Source of the DNA: Clostridia bacterium
GTDB taxonomy: Bacteria; Bacillota; Clostridia; UBA1212; DUPL01
Assembly (NCBI GenBank): GCA_050951325.1
Contig: JBMNIW010000003.1
Span: 320,001 to 384,000 of the forward strand
Direction: 5' to 3'
Length of the DNA stretch: 64,000 nt
The translations under genes and the position numbers were made by a program. This document shows positions 57,837-64,000 of this stretch, one piece after another (the first letter of the stretch is position 1; the number at the start of each line of letters is the position of its first letter). The notes under the pieces are model-generated. The model did no database searches and was not told the DNA's origin. It was given only the letters and a program-made list of their open reading frames with translations.

Positions 57837-58784
57837 CTACCTTCCCCTCTTTACAATTCTCTCCAAAGTTCCGGGACCGTTCCGGCTGCTCAAAATGATG
57901 TATGTTTCAAAAACATTGTTTCCCTCCAACTCCCTTATCTCAGGCCGTGACTCAACATCTTCCAAGCTGTAGCCGTGGGCTGTGGCAATAATCCGTACAC
58001 CAGCATTCATGGCTGCCATGACAGCACCAGCGTCCCCGGGACCTCCAATTTCATCAGTGATAATGATATTGGGGGACAATGCCCTGAGCATCATGAAAAT
58101 ACCTTTTGTTTTGGGACAGGAATCATATACATCAGTACGTAATCCCACATCATTGGACGGAACCCCTCTTGCAACCGCTGCAATCTCGCTTCTTTCATCC
58201 ACAATTCCAACATTTACCCCAACAAAGTCGGGGGAAGTTGTCCCAGTAGATAAAAGTCTTGCCAAATCCCTTATTATCGTTGTCTTGCCGGAGCAAGGTG
58301 GGGAGATTATGAGAGTATTGTATATGTCTCTTGGATTTCGTATGATATAAGGGAGGAATATTCTTGCACAGTCCTTTATCTGTCTTGAGATGCGAATATT
58401 GAGGCTGGATATGTCGCGCATGTTGCCATCAGGGAGAATTCGTCCCGATATACCTACTCTGTGTCCGCCTTGCAGCGTTATGAATCCATTTTTAATATCT
58501 TCTGCATAGGCATAAACCGAATACCTGCAAAGCTGGGTAAATATGAGGGAAATCTCATGATAGTTCGGTTTGTAAGCAGAGTTTACGTCACCGGTCTGTC
58601 CCCTTTGCGTTATCATGTAATGGACTCCTCTTGATACAACTATCAAAGGAAGACCTGCCCTTATTCTAATCTCCTCGGCATTGTCAAATACATGAGCTAT
58701 ATTCACATAAGCCTTTTGAAGTATCGAGCCTGTCTCTCCTCCGATTTTGTCTAGTATCTCTTCCTTCACCTTTCTATCCAACAC
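57837..58784 (-). CDS. spoIIIAA: Stage III sporulation protein AA (ATPase)
   Basis: EEIRIR, GFITLQGGHRVG, SPPCSGKTT, VDERSEIA, DEIG, ATAHG. Confidence 0.97.
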   Translation of the reverse strand: MLDRKVKEEILDKIGGETGSILQKAYVNIAHVFDNAEEIRIRAGLPLIVVSRGVHYMITQRGQTGDVNSAYKPNYHEISLIFTQLCRYSVYAYAEDIKNGFITLQGGHRVGISGRILPDGNMRDISSLNIRISRQIKDCARIFLPYIIRNPRDIYNTLIISPPCSGKTTIIRDLARLLSTGTTSPDFVGVNVGIVDERSEIAAVARGVPSNDVGLRTDVYDSCPKTKGIFMMLRALSPNIIITDEIGGPGDAGAVMAAMNAGVRIIATAHGYSLEDVESRPEIRELEGNNVFETYIILSSRNGPGTLERIVKRGR

Positions 58785-58886
58785 ACTTCACACCTCCTTG
58801 TTGCAGCATGTCCCAACCCATGGTTTGTACTATTATATTAATGAGGCTGTACCGTTATTACCAAAAAGGGCAAAAAAAAAGAGCCC

Positions 58887-60713
58887 CTATTCAAGGCTCG
58901 CGATGAATTCATCAACAAACTTTCTTATGTAGTCTCCTCTCAATCTTGCGAAGGTCTTTAGCTGTTCAATCCTCCACAGCCATTCGCTTTCGTCACCTCC
59001 ATGGTATTTCCAGAATATCCCGATGTCAGTTCTCCAATCATTCCTCATCTCAAAAAGCAAAGCATCAACCAGTTCAGGAGTTATTCTGTTACAAAAACCC
59101 AATAAATAGCTTAGAAATCTTTCTCTGAACTCCTGGTTATCAAGACATGAATTTAAAACCTCACCCAAACACGGACCTTTGGTCATCCTGTTGCCAAGAA
59201 CATCTCTCAGGGTGTTGTCGAAATAATCTACAAAAACATTTCTGTAGTCCATATCCTTTATTAAAAAGCGCCATTTTCCATTTCTGCCTTCAAAACTCTT
59301 GCTGGGTATTCCCCTATACCTCCAAGCAAGTACATTGTTGTGCGGCCAATCCGTGTTCCTTATATATATCTGATAAGCCATGTACTCAATAAAGTTGTTC
59401 ACATCAATGACTTCTTCCATTTCAGAAATATCATGCACCGACCAGTCTGTATTTACTAGCATTGACATGTCTTCTTCAAATTTGCTTACTGCAGTTTCCG
59501 AACCGTAAGAAGAGGTATAAATGAAGCCCTTGCTCTCATAGGTAATTCCCACCATGTCAACAAACTCACTAGGAATACAATACCTTGACTCAATATAATC
59601 TCCATCCATGGACTCCCTTATGTTCATTAAAGAATAATATTTACCATTTATGTATACCGTACAGGGAGTTCCTTCCTGCCAGTCAAGTCCCATTTCCCTG
59701 GCCAGTCTGTGCAGAAAAACATCCTTGAACATAATGCCGGTAAAATCATTGCCCGAGTTTCTAAAAATAAGTTTGTCAAACTCTTTTATTGGTCTTCCAT
59801 AATTGTCTTCCAAACCTTCAAAAATTTCAAACTCTATTTTACCCTTTCCATATTTCTTTCTGGCATATATCTTCAAAGATTTTACAGAAAAATGTCTGGA
59901 TGCTCCTCCATTTATTCTTAAACCCACCTTCTGGTCAACAACCAGATTTCCCATAATGTCAAATATCTGTATATGGGCTTCTCTTTCCCATTCAATGCCT
60001 TTTTGTAGATAGTTTCTTGGGAAATGGCTGTTAACACTTCTTTCAGGGTTCCTTTTTCGTTCATCATCAAAAGTTTTCCCTTTAATAAAAATACCTTCCT
60101 CATATCCATACAAGCTCTCTTCGTCTATGCAGATACTAACAAAATATTTACCGTATAAAGTTCTTTCTCCTATTATGTACGTAAAGGTATATACATCAGT
60201 CACACATTCATTTTTCTCGTTAACGGCGATAGCCCTGATAATTGTAATTCTCACAGGATCCTTTGCAGAGTACGACTTGTCAGGTATACGTATAGATTCT
60301 TCATAGAAATAACTACCCTGGTCAAGATTGTCAATATCAGGCATAACACCACCGCTATATACGTATTCTTCTCCAGTTTTTGCTACCTTGGTGTTCTCAT
60401 CACACTCAAAAGCTTCATGACTTGTTATCGTATACAGAATTCTGTACTCCTCATTGCTGCAGAAAAGCTCCAACAGAAAACCAGAGTTATAAAAGCCGGG
60501 GGCTTTGGATGCTGTTATTGTCACACCTTCCTCAATGACAATAGGTTTGGGAGTTGGTTTTATATTAGAGGAAGTCGGAACAGGAGTAAAAGTTGGATTA
60601 AGGACACTTTCATCCATCTCCAATGACATGACACTAACAAACACAAAGCAGGCAATAAGAAGTATAACTGCCAATATCAAAAACATCTTTGCGTTTTTAA
60701 CCATAATACTCAT
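58887..60713 (-). CDS. CotH kinase family protein with N-terminal membrane anchor and Fn3-associated/chitobiase-like domain
   Basis: PGFY..., EWEREAHI, RINGGASR..KSLKIY, RNSGND, YINGKYY, NTDWPHNN, KWRFLIKDMD. Confidence 0.88.
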   Translation of the reverse strand: MSIMVKNAKMFLILAVILLIACFVFVSVMSLEMDESVLNPTFTPVPTSSNIKPTPKPIVIEEGVTITASKAPGFYNSGFLLELFCSNEEYRILYTITSHEAFECDENTKVAKTGEEYVYSGGVMPDIDNLDQGSYFYEESIRIPDKSYSAKDPVRITIIRAIAVNEKNECVTDVYTFTYIIGERTLYGKYFVSICIDEESLYGYEEGIFIKGKTFDDERKRNPERSVNSHFPRNYLQKGIEWEREAHIQIFDIMGNLVVDQKVGLRINGGASRHFSVKSLKIYARKKYGKGKIEFEIFEGLEDNYGRPIKEFDKLIFRNSGNDFTGIMFKDVFLHRLAREMGLDWQEGTPCTVYINGKYYSLMNIRESMDGDYIESRYCIPSEFVDMVGITYESKGFIYTSSYGSETAVSKFEEDMSMLVNTDWSVHDISEMEEVIDVNNFIEYMAYQIYIRNTDWPHNNVLAWRYRGIPSKSFEGRNGKWRFLIKDMDYRNVFVDYFDNTLRDVLGNRMTKGPCLGEVLNSCLDNQEFRERFLSYLLGFCNRITPELVDALLFEMRNDWRTDIGIFWKYHGGDESEWLWRIEQLKTFARLRGDYIRKFVDEFIASLE

Positions 60714-60810
60714 TCCTACAACTTTTCCAGATTTATTTAAATGGTACTACACGAATCATAAAAAAGAATGAACACTTTATAAACATAACATAAAAAAAGG
60801 AGCATTTTTT

Positions 60811-60960
60811 TTATTCGCTCCTTTTATCCTTTATAATTCTTGTTTTCTTTCCTGCTGCCGATTCCGCTAGTTTCTCAAACTCCATCACAAATTCAAATGG
60901 CTTTTCTTCGCCGTTAAGCGGTATCACTATGGGGTTGTTGAATTTTTGTTCCTTATCCAT
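60811..60960 (-). CDS. Small hypothetical protein (49 aa)
   Basis: GGAGG SD 5 nt before ATG 60960; followed by a hairpin and T run. Confidence 0.5.
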   Translation of the reverse strand: MDKEQKFNNPIVIPLNGEEKPFEFVMEFEKLAESAAGKKTRIIKDKRSE

Positions 60961-61013
60961 TTTGACCTCCAAATCATAATGGTAGTATTGTAAGTCAAAA
61001 TGCATAAAGTATA

Positions 61014-61730
61014 CTACAAATCTAATACCATTTCCTTCATAACCTTCTTATTCTCAAAACGCAGCCTGTTCAACACGTTTGCAACATCAGCATCATCTGT
61101 CATTACATATATCTTCCCTGACTCATGTATAATGCTTGCAGCCAAAGCAGAGAGTGCTTCAAATACATATTTGGCAGGATCTTTGATTCTAAAATCCTTG
61201 CAGCCGCCAACACTCACGTTGTACCTGCACGAACCAATCCTTTCATCTTCTATATAAAAGAAAACATCAAACATTTGCAAATCACCTTTTTTAACGCAAT
61301 ACACATCCTTTGCTCTTTCAAACACATTAGCAGAAAATGAATACCTGAATTTTGTCTGCAGTTCCTTAAAACCCATTTTTATATAAAGCTCATAAGCAGG
61401 TATGTTGACAGCATCAACTGTCAGCATGCAGGATGAATACATGCAATTTTCAGCATGTTCAATTGTTCTCTCCATCATGGCTTTCCCTACACCTTGCCTG
61501 CGATATTCATCAAGAACAGCAATTCTGTGGATGTATAAAGAATCTCCATGCATTTTCGTATAACAATATCCAACTGCCTTGTGCTTGTTCCTTGCCACAA
61601 GATAGAAGTGGTTTTGTATGTCCTTGAACTGTTCAAACCGGTAAGGATCCTTTGGAAAACAAGTCTCCTCTATGGTTAAAAACTCAGCATAGGTAAACTC
61701 CTCATCATTTTCAATAATTCTGAAATTCAT
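61014..61730 (-). CDS. GNAT family N-acetyltransferase (RimI-like N-terminal domain plus second domain)
   Basis: IAVLDEYRRQGVGKAMM, N.PAYELYIKMGF. Confidence 0.88.
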   Translation of the reverse strand: MNFRIIENDEEFTYAEFLTIEETCFPKDPYRFEQFKDIQNHFYLVARNKHKAVGYCYTKMHGDSLYIHRIAVLDEYRRQGVGKAMMERTIEHAENCMYSSCMLTVDAVNIPAYELYIKMGFKELQTKFRYSFSANVFERAKDVYCVKKGDLQMFDVFFYIEDERIGSCRYNVSVGGCKDFRIKDPAKYVFEALSALAASIIHESGKIYVMTDDADVANVLNRLRFENKKVMKEMVLDL

Positions 61731-61741
61731 AAAACACCTTT

Positions 61742-62224
61742 TTATTTATTTTTCTGATACGCAATCCTGGGAGACCCATCTTCAAGCCAAATTGTTCCAC
61801 ACTTCAAAAAGCCATACTTTTCAAGCAAATGCTGCATGATTTTATTGTCCTCGTGCGTGTCTATTTTTAAATTTGAATGTATGTCAAAGCAGTAGCCAAC
61901 AATATACTCAAGCATGCCCTTATGTTTCCCCCTGCTTGCAATTCTATGAAGAAAACCATATTCTTTATCATCAAGCCAGGCACCTTCAATGATTTCATAA
62001 GTTGGCTCTATCCCGATGGAAAAATAGAAAACAGACTCTATTTCCCCATCAATATCACACACATACAAATTACCTGATTCAATATCCTCCACCACAAGCT
62101 CTTTTGGTGGATACCCATTCTTCCACTGATGAGGGTTACCTTTCTCAGCCATGTATTGTCTTGCCCTTTCATATATCTCAAGTATATCATCCAAATCTTC
62201 AATTACAGCCTTCCTGATTTCCAT
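61742..62224 (-). CDS. GNAT family N-acetyltransferase
   Basis: MEIRKA, GNPHQWKNGYP, LHRIAS, IDTHEDNKIMQ..KYGF..CG. Confidence 0.9.
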   Translation of the reverse strand: MEIRKAVIEDLDDILEIYERARQYMAEKGNPHQWKNGYPPKELVVEDIESGNLYVCDIDGEIESVFYFSIGIEPTYEIIEGAWLDDKEYGFLHRIASRGKHKGMLEYIVGYCFDIHSNLKIDTHEDNKIMQHLLEKYGFLKCGTIWLEDGSPRIAYQKNK

Positions 62225-62382
62225 ACTGACTCCTTTTTTCACACTATACTATCACTTAGAAGTAGTTTGTACAAGATATTTTTACTATGTGACAAAATGA
62301 AGTATAAAATGGGAAAACGGGGGATTCCCGGATATTGAACTACTGGATGGGAGATTTCTTACTGGTTTTCAGTTAAAAGAAT

Positions 62383-62412
62383 AGTGGTCATAACTAATCG
62401 TCATGACCACTT
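62383..62412 (-). terminator. Terminator after tRNA-fMet
   Basis: AGTGGTCAT...ATGACCACT inverted repeat followed by ATTCTTTT on the minus strand. Confidence 0.65.
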
Positions 62413-62416
62413 GATT

Positions 62417-62492
<76 letters not shown>

Positions 62493-62588
62493 TCAATTAT
62501 TCTTTTGTCTTTCAACAGTTATAATTATAGCACAATCCACGAAAAAAACAACAACGAATCAGTAAACAAAATGTTAACACAAACACGC

Positions 62589-63248
62589 TTATCTCATAAT
62601 GGAAAACCTCACCACAAACAGCGGGTTGAACTTGCTGAAGGATATGTTCAAAACATACCTGTCATTGAAAATTCTGTAGGCACAAAGCTCTGAATCAAAT
62701 CTTTCCTGCAGCATCTGAGGCAAGATGAAGACAAAGTTCTTTGCATCATTCACATAAAGATCAATCTCAAAGAAGGATATGTCTTTCAAGCTGCCCTCTT
62801 CTCTCCTGTTCCTTATATCATATGTCCTTACTTCATCAAGTGTGTCTAAGTAATCTATCAGTATTTGGGTAACTGTAATCACTTCCGCTTTTGCAAACTT
62901 CTCAATTGCTAGCTCGCGGTTGACAGAAAGATTTTCAGGCAAATTTCTAAACAGTGCATAGGATGAATCAGCGCAGGTGTTCAGCTTTGCATAATATACC
63001 CTTCCCTTTATATTCTCCTCATACAACTCAAAATCCCATACAGGTATGAGTATAAAATCATCAACACCACATTCATCCGAAACAAGTCTGCAGGCTGCTT
63101 CATAAGCATCCTCTTCATCTTTGATAAAGGATTCAGGGCACTTCCAAGTTCCGTTATCCGAACAGAGTGCCCACTTGCCATTGAACCTTGGCAGAACCAG
63201 TACCATATCCAAATTCTTAAATGTATTTATTGGAAATTCTTTTATCAT
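62589..63248 (-). CDS. Nudix-fold protein with a degenerate Nudix box and extra C-terminal domain
   Basis: RFNGKWALC, W..P......E..YEAACRLVSDECG (canonical REUxEExG altered). Confidence 0.65.
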   Translation of the reverse strand: MIKEFPINTFKNLDMVLVLPRFNGKWALCSDNGTWKCPESFIKDEEDAYEAACRLVSDECGVDDFILIPVWDFELYEENIKGRVYYAKLNTCADSSYALFRNLPENLSVNRELAIEKFAKAEVITVTQILIDYLDTLDEVRTYDIRNRREEGSLKDISFFEIDLYVNDAKNFVFILPQMLQERFDSELCAYRIFNDRYVLNISFSKFNPLFVVRFSIMR

Positions 63249-63268
63249 GCTCTATCAAACCCAGTAAG

Positions 63269-63652
63269 TTATTTTACCCTGTAGGATTTGGCAAAGAAAG
63301 CTATGCCATATCCTAAAAATGCATTTACATAATAAAGTAGAGCCCAAAAAATCGCAGCCGGTCTGGGCTCAACAAACATTAGGAATGCAAAGAATCCTGT
63401 GATTAAACTCGCAATTGAGTTTATTGCCATCTTCCCTGTAAGCAGGTAAGAAAAGAATCCTGAAACGAAACACGAAAGAGGAATAAATATGTGACTTTGC
63501 ATAATATTTTGTACAGTTGAAGACTCGAACAATACTAGATTAAGAGAACGGAATATGGCTTGAAAAAACACATTAATAGCTAGTACAAACAGAAAGCAAC
63601 CAATTTTCGAGTATGTGCACTTGCTCGTGTTTGCATTATTGTCTAAACCCAT
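63269..63652 (-). CDS. Hypothetical four-TM membrane protein
   Basis: SD GGAG, four hydrophobic segments, no recognised motif. Confidence 0.7.
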   Translation of the reverse strand: MGLDNNANTSKCTYSKIGCFLFVLAINVFFQAIFRSLNLVLFESSTVQNIMQSHIFIPLSCFVSGFFSYLLTGKMAINSIASLITGFFAFLMFVEPRPAAIFWALLYYVNAFLGYGIAFFAKSYRVK

Positions 63653-63674
63653 ATTTATCTCCAGTCACGTCTGA

Positions 63675-64000
63675 TTAGAAATATGAAATTTCTTCTTCGT
63701 ACTCTTCCTCTTCACCGACGTCGTCGTAGATGTCCACGTTGTATGGAGCTACTATGTACACATGTTCAGAAATTCTCTGAGCGTTGCCATCTATAGCGTA
63801 GCAGCATCCGTAAATAAAGTCGAGAATTCTCATTTTGTCCTCTTTTCTTTTCAGATGCTCAAAGTTAATTACAACAGTGGTTCGCTCTCTCAACTTAGCG
63901 CAAATCTCAGTGCAGTCCTTATACTCAGAAGGTCTTGATAAAACAACACTCAGATTATTGTCCGACTGTTTAATACCTAGTATCCTACTGGATTCCTGCA
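63675..64000 (-). CDS. sepF: Cell division protein SepF (3' part; start lies beyond the window)
   Basis: Frame open to the window edge: ...VVLSRPSEYKDCTEICAKLRERTTVVINFE..RILDFIYGCCYAIDGNAQRIS...APYNVDI. Confidence 0.93.
   Translation of the reverse strand, partial: QESSRILGIKQSDNNLSVVLSRPSEYKDCTEICAKLRERTTVVINFEHLKRKEDKMRILDFIYGCCYAIDGNAQRISEHVYIVAPYNVDIYDDVGEEEEYEEEISYF

Noticed and set aside
62250-62380. Possible riboswitch or sRNA between tRNA-fMet and the GNAT genes
   Set aside because: Only short G/C runs; no recognisable aptamer consensus or convincing multi-stem structure.

Overview
This 64-kb window is core chromosome from a low-GC, spore-forming Clostridia-type Firmicute, and most genes lie on the minus strand. 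From right to left (direction of transcription) it holds: sepF (partial), a membrane protein, a Nudix-like protein, tRNA-fMet, two GNATs and a CotH-family kinase. Next come spoIIIAA-AH, asp23/amaP/DUF2273, nusB, xseAB, ispA, dxs, nadK, recN, spoIVB (with no spo0A after it) and cinA. A glyco-locus follows: NDP-sugar pyrophosphorylase fusion, MurJ-like flippase, GT2, Gfo/Idh/MocA and a convergent YfhO. The region 24.5-36.5 kb has mixed strands and looks accessory. It carries three paralogous uncharacterised surface proteins (one interrupted by an in-frame TAG), ccdA, a cobalamin riboswitch ahead of btuF and an M29 aminopeptidase, yhfW and tRNA-Leu. After it come a UvrD helicase, a PRK06851-type ATPase, an N-terminally truncated murA, ftsQ-sbp-ftsA-ftsZ, spoIIGA-sigE-sigG-ylmC, the rimP-nusA-ylxR-infB-rbfA-nrnA-truB-ribF operon (no ylxQ), an M16 peptidase pair, lgt, rodA and mraZ-rsmH. 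I saw no CRISPR array, transposase or integrase. The best novelty candidates are the three-member surface-protein family beside a GT2/flippase/GT-C glycosylation cassette, the amber-interrupted NPQTG-anchored member, the decapitated murA, and an aminopeptidase that may be under B12 control. All calls come from reading motifs by eye; no database searches were run.
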